DNA of 64,000 nucleotides from positions 32,001 through 96,000 of the forward strand of contig CAYSCM010000001.1 in the NCBI GenBank assembly GCA_964429815.1, given 5' to 3'. The notes below the pieces were generated by a model. The model saw only the letters and a list, made by a program, of their open reading frames with translations, made no database searches and was not told the DNA's origin. Shown here one piece after another: positions 56,237 to 64,000 of this stretch (its first letter is position 1; each line of letters opens with the position of its first letter). The translations under genes were made by a program, and so were the position numbers. This DNA is from an uncultured Candidatus Saccharibacteria bacterium. GTDB taxonomy: Bacteria; Patescibacteriota; Minisyncoccia; Phycocordibacterales; CAYSCM01.

Positions 56237-57586
56237 CTACGTTCCACTTCTCGAGAGAAGTGCGCGTACGGTCTTAAGGGCAATGTGGAAATCAAGCACG
56301 AGTGAGCGGTGTTTTACGTAGTACAAGTCGTAGGAGAGTTTCCGCGCTGTTTTTTCAACGTCAACGACACCCCGGGGGGCATCGTAGTCATTGATCTGTG
56401 CCCAGCCGGAGAGACCTGGCTTCACCAGGTGTCGGGCGTTGTAGAGAGGTAATTCTTTTTCGTAGGCCCTAACCAACGTGGGGATCTCCGGACGAGGCCC
56501 GATGAGAGAGAGCTCACCCCGTAAGACATTCAAGAGCTGGGGAAACTCGTCGATACGTGATTTGCGCAGTACTTTTCCCGCCTCCGTGATACGGTTTTTC
56601 TTGTGAAGCTCAGGATCGCCGTGATCATCAAAGAGCCAAGAGCGGAATTTCATGAGCTCAAAAGAGCGGTTATTCTGTCCGACCCTCTCCTGAGATATAA
56701 AAAGCGGCCCCGAGGAAGTTACTCTCAGTGCGATCGCGCCTCCAAAGCAAAATGGGAGCGCGATGACACCCGCAATGAGTGCCACCACGATGTCCATCGC
56801 ACGCTTGAGCGCGTCATACGCACTATGCCGATCGCGAATTTCTTCAGTGAGAAGCTTGGTTTCGTCGATGAGTGTAAGCGGCACACGCTGAAAGAGGTCC
56901 TCAAAGAGCGTCGCAGTATCGATAAAACGCGTACCCTCGAACACTAACGCGGAAAAATCGCGCGCGTACGGGGAAAGTTTCTCGTGGTGCGCATCGAATA
57001 CAATGACCCGAGGCCTTTCTTGGCGCGCACGCGCGAGAATTTTTTTTGCATCGAAGGCGCTCGCGGAGATTTTGTCTTTAAGGATGATGCCGTGTCGTGG
57101 ATTATGTGTGAGCTCATGCGCTATCGCATCTATCTCCTTTCCCTCCCCAATGAGATACGCTGTCACAGGTACCCGAGGTCGAAGCTTCGGGACAATGAGA
57201 AGTCGCCAGAAAAGAATACTCCCCACAGATACACCGAGGTAGATGAGAAGTGTCGTCTTCGGAGCAATACCAAACCAAGGAGCAAAGAAAAAGAACAAGG
57301 CGGCAATGATGACATTCGCGACTTGGGCCTGGACAATCGCTAGCGGCATGCGCTCAACCACCGCGAGAGTGCGACGCTCGTAGAGCTCAAGAATGAAAAA
57401 AACCCCTATCCAAACGAGAAAGAGGAACGAAAACGGCACAAGATGTTGCAGGAAAACGGCTCCGGTCGGAAACGAAAAGGTCCTCAAATAGAGGGATAGC
57501 CATAGGGACGCGACAAAACAAAAAACGTCTCCGAGGAGGAGCACGAAGGTGCCGGTGTGCCGAAGCCGCATGGTCACACCATACAA
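56237..57586 (-). CDS. polyprenyl-phosphate sugar-phosphate transferase (WbaP/exopolysaccharide priming transferase family)
   Basis: N-terminal TM helices and the C-terminal bacterial sugar transferase domain (KFRSW...DEFPQLLNVLRGELSLIGPRP). Confidence 0.8.
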   Translation of the reverse strand: MYGVTMRLRHTGTFVLLLGDVFCFVASLWLSLYLRTFSFPTGAVFLQHLVPFSFLFLVWIGVFFILELYERRTLAVVERMPLAIVQAQVANVIIAALFFFFAPWFGIAPKTTLLIYLGVSVGSILFWRLLIVPKLRPRVPVTAYLIGEGKEIDAIAHELTHNPRHGIILKDKISASAFDAKKILARARQERPRVIVFDAHHEKLSPYARDFSALVFEGTRFIDTATLFEDLFQRVPLTLIDETKLLTEEIRDRHSAYDALKRAMDIVVALIAGVIALPFCFGGAIALRVTSSGPLFISQERVGQNNRSFELMKFRSWLFDDHGDPELHKKNRITEAGKVLRKSRIDEFPQLLNVLRGELSLIGPRPEIPTLVRAYEKELPLYNARHLVKPGLSGWAQINDYDAPRGVVDVEKTARKLSYDLYYVKHRSLVLDFHIALKTVRALLSRSGT

Positions 57587-57649
57587 CGATTTAGCTCTTA
57601 CACAAGTTACCTATGTGGAGCGCTACCTCGTGGTAGCCTTTTATAAACT

Positions 57650-58762
57650 ATGAAGGTTCTCTATGTCATCACAAAAGGTAATTTTGGAGGCGCCCAGCGC
57701 TACGTGTTTGAGTTGGCGGTTGAAGCAAAACGTCGAGGGCATGATGTGACTGTCGTTTACGGGGAGCCCGGCGTATTGATCAAGAAGCTAGCAGGGGCCT
57801 ACATACGGACAATTTCCCTTTCTACTCTTCAGAGAAACATCAATCCCCTCAAAGAGATCGGGAGTTTCATTCGCCTTGTGTCCCTCATACATTCATTACA
57901 TCCTGATGTGGTCCATCTCAATAGCGCCAAAGCCGGAGGACTCGGCGCCCTCGCCGCTCGCGTGATGGCAGTACCACGAATTGTTTTCACTGTTCATGGC
58001 TGGCCCTTTAACGAAGAACGGCTATGGGTTGACAACATGGTCCGGGCTTTGTTGCAGTGGCTTACGGTGATGCTAACGCATGTAAGCATTGTCGTTGCAG
58101 AGAGCGACAAAAAGCAGGTCGCTCACTGGCCCTTTGTGCAGAAGAAAATAGTGTGCATTCATAATGGCGTTGGCACCATAGATTTTCTTGAAAGGAGCAC
58201 CTCGCGCGCAAACCTTTTATCTACGCACGTCGAGAAATTCTGGATCGGAGCACATACCGAAAACAAAAATAAGGGCATCGACTTTCTTTTGAAAGCCTAT
58301 GCGCGCGCCCGGGAAAAACTTTCTTCCGCGATCATCGTACTTTTCGGCACAGGGCCGGAAGAGTCCAATCTTAAACGCCTCACACGGGAGTTAGGGATCG
58401 AGGATAAGGTTTTTTTTCTTGGATTTTTAGATAATGCACGAGCGTACCTTAAAGCTTTCGATGTTTACACCATTCCCTCCCGTAAAGAAGGATTGCCGTA
58501 TTCACTCCTCGAGGCCGGCGCGGCGGGACTCCCGGTCGTTGCGAGCCGGGTGGGAGGCATCCCCGAAGCAGTAACCGACACGCAAAGTGGTTTTCTCACA
58601 GCCCCTGGCGATGTAGTACTTCTTTCAGCCAGGCTCGCAGAGCTCATAGAAAGCGAACCGCTGCGCGAAAAATTTGGACAGGCCTTGCGAGCGAAAGTTG
58701 AAAAAGAATTCTCTCTTTCTCACGTGTTTGAAAAAACATTTGCTCTCTACTCACACCCCTAG
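57650..58762 (+). CDS. GT4-family glycosyltransferase
   Basis: KEGLPYSLLEAGAAGLPVVASRVGG. Confidence 0.8.
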   Translation: MKVLYVITKGNFGGAQRYVFELAVEAKRRGHDVTVVYGEPGVLIKKLAGAYIRTISLSTLQRNINPLKEIGSFIRLVSLIHSLHPDVVHLNSAKAGGLGALAARVMAVPRIVFTVHGWPFNEERLWVDNMVRALLQWLTVMLTHVSIVVAESDKKQVAHWPFVQKKIVCIHNGVGTIDFLERSTSRANLLSTHVEKFWIGAHTENKNKGIDFLLKAYARAREKLSSAIIVLFGTGPEESNLKRLTRELGIEDKVFFLGFLDNARAYLKAFDVYTIPSRKEGLPYSLLEAGAAGLPVVASRVGGIPEAVTDTQSGFLTAPGDVVLLSARLAELIESEPLREKFGQALRAKVEKEFSLSHVFEKTFALYSHP

Positions 58763-59902
58763 AAACTCTTTCCCGATATCGTCGCGGTGGAAGGCCCTGC
58801 TGTAGGCTCGCTGTCCCATCAAAATGCCGAGCCCCATATACTCGGTGAGGAGGTGTGAGCCGCCGTAGCTCATGAAGGGAATGGTGATGCCGGTCACCGG
58901 CAAGAGCCCGATGTTGAAACCGATGTGAATGATGAGGTGACTCAAGAAGTACACCGCAAGGCCAGCTGCAAATAAGGTCTCAAAATTACTCTCCCCGTGC
59001 ATAGCGGTCGCGATGATACGCCACAAAATAATCCCGTAGAGGATAAAGAGCAGAAGAACGCCAACAAATCCCCACTCTTCGGCGAACGCTGCGAAGATAA
59101 AGTCCGTTTGATACTCAGGGAGAAACTGCAGCCGGCTCTGGGTTCCGTAACCAACCCCCTTCCCCACAAGCCGTCCCGAGCCGACCGCGATCGTGGACTG
59201 GTAGGCATTGTAGCCGGCGCCGCGAATGTCGGTGAGGGGGTGAATGAACGTGAGGACGCGCTGCTTCTGGTATGGCCGGAGTGCAAAGAGCCACATGCCC
59301 GCCGCTATCACGGCCGCGACCAGAAAGACCGTGAGAAGATGACGAAGCGATATCCCCGCAACGAGGACCATCCCGAGCCATATGGTGCCGATGATGATGG
59401 CCGAACCGAGATCAGGCTGGAGAAAGATGAGGACGAAAGGAACGAGCGTATACGCGCCAGAGAGGAGGATGTGCCGGATGTGTGCTATTTCCACATGCCG
59501 ACGCGAAAAATACTTGGCGAGGACTATGATGAGCACGAGCTTCATCGGGTCGGCGGGTTGCAGCGCGAATGAACCGAAGTTGAAGCGAGCCTGAGCGCCC
59601 TTAGCGATGGAGCCGAACACGAAAATGAGGAAGAGCAGCGCGATGGCCGCGACGTAGAGCGACGCGATAACGGAGGTGCGCCGCAGGAAGTGATAGTCGA
59701 AGAGTGCGAAAATGAAAAAGCTCGCAAGCGCGAGCGCTATCCAGACAAGCTGTTTGTTGAAGAAGTAATTCTCCGCCCCGAAGGAATTCATCGTAAAGAG
59801 GCCTGCCGCGAGGATGGGGAGCGTCGAGAGGAGGAGCACCCAGTCGATACTCTGCCGTATGTTCGTGAAAAAACGGCGTCCTCGGGCGATGGTAGCGGCC
59901 AT
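58751..59902 (-). CDS. rodA: FtsW/RodA/SpoVE-family peptidoglycan glycosyltransferase
   Basis: QSTIAVGSGRLVGKG...LPEYQTDFIFAAFAEEWGF. Start MAATIARG at 59902, just after the upstream stop. Confidence 0.8.
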   Translation of the reverse strand: MAATIARGRRFFTNIRQSIDWVLLLSTLPILAAGLFTMNSFGAENYFFNKQLVWIALALASFFIFALFDYHFLRRTSVIASLYVAAIALLFLIFVFGSIAKGAQARFNFGSFALQPADPMKLVLIIVLAKYFSRRHVEIAHIRHILLSGAYTLVPFVLIFLQPDLGSAIIIGTIWLGMVLVAGISLRHLLTVFLVAAVIAAGMWLFALRPYQKQRVLTFIHPLTDIRGAGYNAYQSTIAVGSGRLVGKGVGYGTQSRLQFLPEYQTDFIFAAFAEEWGFVGVLLLFILYGIILWRIIATAMHGESNFETLFAAGLAVYFLSHLIIHIGFNIGLLPVTGITIPFMSYGGSHLLTEYMGLGILMGQRAYSRAFHRDDIGKEFLGV

Positions 59903-59904
59903 GA

Positions 59905-60666
59905 TCAGAGAGGCCTGACCCGGACCTTCACATCGACCGTAGTCGAGGTCGCTGTAAACGGACGAGGCCACGTGAAGGTGAGCGTGTTACTCCCCTGCGC
60001 AGGGAGCTCTCTCACGACCGTGCGGGACGCCGCCATTGCATTGCCGTTTTCGTTGAAGATAACCGCGGTCGCCTCGATGCTTTGTATCGGCCGAAGTGAG
60101 GTGTTGCTGATGGTCACCGTGAGCTTGGGAGAGGCGCCCGCCTCGGAAAGTCCTCGCTCCCCTATCAAAATACTTTTAGCAGGATCGTCGGCTAGGGTGA
60201 AATTTTGTACGGGCGAAAATTCGAAGAAGGTGCGCGAGGGGGTTCGATTCCCCGTCGTTATGCCCGGTTCAACGATGACGTTAACCTGGCCTGGCGAGAG
60301 GAATGTGGTCCCCTTACGCTCCACGACGAGGATGTTTCCCTCATCGTAGAGCTTGAAATCGTAGGGAAAGGAGAGAACAGCACCGCTCTCATTGGGATTG
60401 TTGACGTAGGCGATCGCCGTCCACACCCCCGGCGTTACCTCGACGGAGCGTGCCCACATGACCGTGGCTGGGGATGTTTTGAAGGGGCAGATTTTCTTGC
60501 AAGCGCCACCGCAGTCAATTCCCTCTTCCCTGCCATCTTGTCTGCCGTCGGAGCAGGTCGGCGCCGTGGAGAGGAGTGAGTACGCGATACCCCCAAAAAG
60601 AAGCAGAAGAACGAGTAGTATGCCGCTTACGTAGAGGCCCTTGCGGCGATTAGCCCAGGCTGACAT
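59905..60666 (-). CDS. membrane-anchored extracytoplasmic protein (hypothetical)
   Basis: Start MSAWANRRKG at 60666, one N-terminal TM helix and a Cys-rich segment CSDGRQDGREEGIDCGGACKKIC. The track start at 60699 lies inside the terminator. Confidence 0.55.
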   Translation of the reverse strand: MSAWANRRKGLYVSGILLVLLLLFGGIAYSLLSTAPTCSDGRQDGREEGIDCGGACKKICPFKTSPATVMWARSVEVTPGVWTAIAYVNNPNESGAVLSFPYDFKLYDEGNILVVERKGTTFLSPGQVNVIVEPGITTGNRTPSRTFFEFSPVQNFTLADDPAKSILIGERGLSEAGASPKLTVTISNTSLRPIQSIEATAVIFNENGNAMAASRTVVRELPAQGSNTLTFTWPRPFTATSTTVDVKVRVRPL

Positions 60667-60684
60667 GGGAAGAATAGTAACACG

Positions 60685-60715
60685 AAAAAAACACCTCACT
60701 TTGAGGTGTTTTTTT
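60685..60715. terminator. terminator of the 23S-5S unit (bidirectional hairpin)
   Basis: AAAAAAACACCTCA ctt TGAGGTGTTTTTTT. Confidence 0.7.
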
Positions 60716-60730
60716 GACTTTTAAATCCCC

Positions 60731-60840
60731 TAACCTGGCGGCTACCTACTCTCCCCTTGCGAGTACCTAGCGGCGTAGCGGGCTGAAAGCGAGGGTTCGC
60801 AGCTTTCAGAGCCGCAGGCCTGTTCGAGGCCGAGGCGGGG
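60731..60840 (-). pseudogene. 5S rRNA-like element lacking the 5' ~25 nt and carrying an extra internal hairpin
   Basis: 37 nt identical to the 5S 3' end (60731-60767 equals 60914-60950). It then diverges but stays alignable (GCCCGCTACGCCGCTAGGTAC versus GCCCGCTAGCGCCGATGGTAC). Inserted hairpin CTGAAAGC...GCTTTCAG. Confidence 0.5.
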
Positions 60841-60875
60841 TCACGCATAAAATGCAGCAGCATTTTATGCGTGAC
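60840..60875. repeat. perfect 16-bp palindromic hairpin
   Basis: GTCACGCATAAAATGC agca GCATTTTATGCGTGAC. Confidence 0.85.
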
Positions 60876-60914
60876 TAACGGCATGTCCCGTCCAAAATGT
60901 TAGTTAGAAACTAT

Positions 60915-61022
60915 AACCTGGCGGCTACCTACTCTCCCCTTGCGAGTACCATCGGCGCTAGCGGGCTTAACGGCCGTGTTCGGAATGAGAACGGGTGTTT
61001 CCCCGCCGCCAAACCACCAGAT
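60915..61022 (-). rRNA. rrf: 5S rRNA
   Basis: Minus strand: CTGGTGGTTTGGCGGCGGGGAAACACCCGTTCTCATTCCGAACACGGCCGTTAAGCCCGCTAGCGCCGATGGTACTCGCAAGGGGAGAGTAGGTAGCCGCCAGGTT. Helix I closes with G-U pairs. Flanked by the 12-bp inverted repeat 60889-60900 / 61057-61068. Confidence 0.85.
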
Positions 61023-61073
61023 TATAAATTCCAACTATTTTCGATCTCTAAGTGTGACATTTTGGACGGATTC

Positions 61074-61119
61074 TCGGAATGAGAACGGGTGTTTCCCCGC
61101 CGCCAAACCACCAGATTAT
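61074..61119 (-). repeat. orphan duplicate of the 5S 5' half
   Basis: 46-nt perfect direct repeat of 60980-61025. Confidence 0.85.
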
Positions 61120-62388
61120 GAGATTCAAAAAGTCGGGTTCGGCAGCCGACTTCCTCGATAGGATGAGGAAGATCGGCTGCCGCCCGCGCAAGGACGTGAG
61201 CAGTTGAGCGGGGCGCTCCTCCCGAGCGGCCACCATTCCCATCGCAGTGCTAAAGCGCTTCTTAGAATGGTCGCGGAGGGCGACACCATTCCAGCTCCGC
61301 AAAGGGTCCGTGCACGCTTCTTTCCCACGTCCGAAAAGCGAAAACAAAGAACTTAACGTTTCGAAGCGTCCGAAATCCGGGTAGATTTCGGCCACCAGTA
61401 AAACGTCAAGCGGGTTAAAAAAGTAACGAAAATCATATTCAATCAATTGCGACATGCAGATTCCCTGACAGGAAACTCGACGTATTAGTACGCCTCGGCT
61501 CAATCCGTTGCCGGACTTCCACCTGGCGCCTATCAACGTAATAGTCTCTTACGGGTCTCAACGAGTCCTCATCTCAGAGTTGGCTTCTTGCTTAGATGCT
61601 TTCAGCAATTATCCATGCCGAACTTAGCTACGCAGCGTGCTTCTGGCGAAACAGCTGCCACACCAGAGGTTCGTCCATTCCGGTCCTCTCGTACTAGGAA
61701 CAGATCTCTTCAAGACTCAACGCCCATGGTAGATAGGAGACCAACCTGTCTCACGACGGTTTGAACCCAGCTCGCGTATCTTTTTAATTGGCGAACAGCC
61801 AAACCCTTGGGACCTTCTCCAGCCCCAGGATAAGATGAGCCGACATCGAGGTGCCGAACGGTACCGTCGCTATGGACGCTTGGGTACCACTAGCCTGTTA
61901 TCCCCAGAGTAGCTTTTGTCCGATAATCTTCCCCCGCATCTAATGCGTAAGGTCGGTTCACTTTGCTCCGCTTTCGCGCCTGCTCGGCATGTACGCCTTA
62001 CAGTCAAGCTCCCTTTTGCCAATACACTATCGGCACGGTTTCCATTCGCGCCTAGGGAACCTTAATAGACTCCTCCGTTACTCTTTAGGAGGATAGCGCC
62101 CCACTAAAACTGCCTGCCATGCAGTGTCCCTCATCGTTTTTGCCGACGAGGTTAGAGACTATATGTTGTCAGGATGGTATTTCACTGGCGAGTCCACACT
62201 CCCCGGAAGGAATGCTTCAACCTCTCCCATCTATGCTGCGCAGAAAAAACATAGCCCCACTACAAAGCTACAGTAAAGCTTCTGGGGTCTTTTCGTCTAA
62301 CCACGGGTAACCGGCATCTTCACCGGTATTGTATTTTCACCAGGCTGATCCTCGAGACAGTCCCCCAGTCGTTACACCATTCGTGCAC

Positions 62389-62428
<40 letters not shown>

Positions 62429-63158
62429 GATTATAGTTATCGCCGACATTCACCAGGGCTTGCATAGCCCAGCACTACACATAAATGCATAGCACCATCC
62501 ATGCTTGACCTTCTGGCATTGGTCAGGTGTCACCCCCTATACATCCTCTTACGAGTTCGCAGGGAGCTGTGTTTTTGGTAAACAGTCGCCAGGAGTACTT
62601 TCGCTGCGGCCCCGCCGACTTGCGTCGAAAGGGCAGGCCTTATTGCTAACGTACGGCCGCTTTTTTGCCGAGTTCCTTGAGGATCAATCACCTGTTCGCC
62701 TTGGTCTACTCGACCTGACCACCTGTGTCGGATTACGGTACGGTCTCGTGTTTGTTATGCTTAGAGATTTTTCTTGGAAGCGTGCTCCCATGCGTAAATC
62801 CTCCGTAGAGGATCTCCCCGTGATGCTCGGACTTGCGACTCCCGGATTTTCCTAGAAGTCATCCTCACACCCCAGACACCAATCCAATAAGATGCGCATA
62901 GTACAACCCTTCGTCCTCTCATCGCACAAACACAAGGTCATGGAATATTAACCATGCATCCATTAGGTACGGCTTTCGCCATCCCCTTAGGACCGACTAA
63001 CCCTTGGCTGATCTTCATCGCCAAGGAAACCTTGGTCTTTCGGCGTGGGGGAGTCTCACCCCCATTGTGGTTACTCGTGCCGGCATTCTCACTTCGCAAC
63101 GCTCCACGCTCAGTTACCCTCGCGCTTCATGGCGGATGCGAACGCTCTCCTACCGCGT

Positions 63159-63336
63159 TATGTGTTTCGTTGAGGAGCCGAGGATGGCTCCTCGGCTATT
63201 AGTCTTCTTCGTCGTTATAGATGAACGGTATAGGTCCAAACATTGACCAGACCGCGACCGCAATGACGTAGATTGCAAACCAGTCGTCTTCCAACATGGC
63301 TTCACCTCTTTTGTACTTTCCTCAACGAAACACACA
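63159..63336 (-). other. intervening sequence (IVS) replacing 23S helix 45
   Basis: The E. coli hairpin GCAGCGACGCTTATGCGTTGTTG is replaced by about 175 nt. The insert is closed by a 16+2 bp stem (63159-63176 / 63319-63336) between CCGAAACTGAGGG and GGTAGGAGAGCGTTC. Confidence 0.7.
63199..63297 (-). CDS. candidate 32-codon mini-ORF inside the 23S IVS
   Basis: Own translation: MLEDDWFAIYVIAVAVWSMFGPIPFIYNDEED. SD GAGGTG lies 5 nt upstream. Stop TAA is followed by the 9-bp hairpin 63176-63197. Confidence 0.3.
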   Translation of the reverse strand: MLEDDWFAIYVIAVAVWSMFGPIPFIYNDEED

Positions 63337-63417
63337 ACACCCTCAGTTTCGGTACAACGCTTAAGCCCCGATTATTTCCGGCGCAAGATCTCTCGATGAG
63401 TGAGCTGTTACGCTTTC

Positions 63418-63449
<32 letters not shown>

Positions 63450-64000
63450 TCATTGTCAGAGAAATTTCACCTCCTTAAGATGCACTGAGCGTTGATTTTG
63501 GGACCTTAACTTGAGATCTAGGCTCTTCCCTTTTTGACCACCGGAGCTTAGCCCCCGGAGTCTAACTGCGTGGTAGTGGAGAACGGTATTTGGAGTTTGA
63601 TAGGATTGACGAGCTTTCGCCCTATTCAATCCTTCCAGTGCTCTACCCCCGTTCTATAAACCACACGCCAGCCCAAAAGCTGTTTCGGAGAGAACCAGCT
63701 ATTACCAGGTTCGATAAGCTTTTCACTCCAACCCACAAGTCATCCGAATGCGTTGAACGACATACCGGTTCGGGCCTCCCCACTCCTTTCGGAGTGGTTC
63801 ACCCTGCTCATGGGTAGCTCACCTGGCTTCGGGTCGTATACGCGCTACTTAGTCGCGCTATTCACACTCGCTTTCGCTACGGCTTCGTCCGACAAAGGAC
63901 TTAGCCTCGCAACGCGCATACACTCGCCGGCTCATTCTTCAATAGGCACGCGGTCACCCGGAAGGATAGAAGCACCCAAGACTAGCCGATGGGTCGTTGC

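Noticed and set aside
60696-61161. ORFs 60696-60884(-), 60897-61082(+) and 60940-61161(+), including a repeated peptide RNENGCFPAAKPPDY
   Set aside because: They overlap the 5S gene and its duplicated fragments. The repeated peptide merely reflects the 46-nt DNA repeat.
61048-61536. 162-aa ORF on the rRNA strand spanning the 23S 3' end, the 23S-5S spacer and the orphan 5S half
   Set aside because: It starts inside 23S rRNA and reads through a 5S fragment. The only internal ATG (61457) has no convincing SD. The region is packed with hairpins, and I recognise no protein family (in particular no LAGLIDADG/GIY-YIG/HNH motifs).

Overview
GC-rich (judged by eye) bacterial window, densely coding, with nearly all genes on the minus strand. 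It falls into three blocks.

(1) 1-41.7 kb is one very large surface-glycan biosynthesis locus:
- 7 GT4-type glycosyltransferases and 4 SDR epimerase/dehydratases
- two tandem GDP-mannose 4,6-dehydratase paralogues
- a CMP-sugar synthetase with two KdsC-type phosphatases
- a GmhA / PfkB kinase / cytidylyltransferase heptose-activation set
- a DegT aminotransferase
- an ALS-like ThDP enzyme plus an E1 alpha/beta pair
- a B12-radical SAM enzyme, a sugar C-methyltransferase and 4 other methyltransferases
- 2 sulfotransferases, an AsnB-type amidotransferase and a Wzx-like flippase

This locus is interrupted at 24.7-26.0 kb by a plus-strand two-gene islet (Nudix plus an unknown protein) with its own near-consensus promoters and twin terminators.

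(2) 41.7-48.3 kb carries a lamin-tail-domain surface protein, a soluble VirD4/TraG-like ATPase, DUF1150, a predicted glycoside hydrolase, rsmI and two papain-like proteins.

(3) 48.3-64 kb carries, all on the minus strand, tRNA-Leu(CAG), tRNA-Ile(GAU) and 16S. These are followed by secDF, a membrane protein, an epimerase, a WbaP-like priming transferase, a GT4 (plus strand) and rodA. The block ends with the 5S locus and a 23S truncated by the window edge. The 23S-5S pair is unlinked from 16S by about 8.7 kb of protein genes.

The most unusual signals are in the rRNA genes:
- The 16S body ends without the canonical anti-SD tail. A second copy of the 16S 3' terminus carrying GGATCACCTCCTT lies about 1.6 kb downstream, next to the ITS and tRNA-Ile. 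The interval holds a self-contained operon of four tiny membrane proteins.
- 23S helix 45 carries a roughly 175 nt intervening sequence with a 19-bp closing stem and an SD-preceded 32-codon mini-ORF.
- The 5S gene is flanked by an orphan 5' half, a diverged 5S-like copy with an extra hairpin, and a perfect 16-bp palindrome.

Lineage guess (inference only): a Patescibacteria/CPR-like bacterium. No CRISPR array, transposase, integrase or recognisable defence system was seen.
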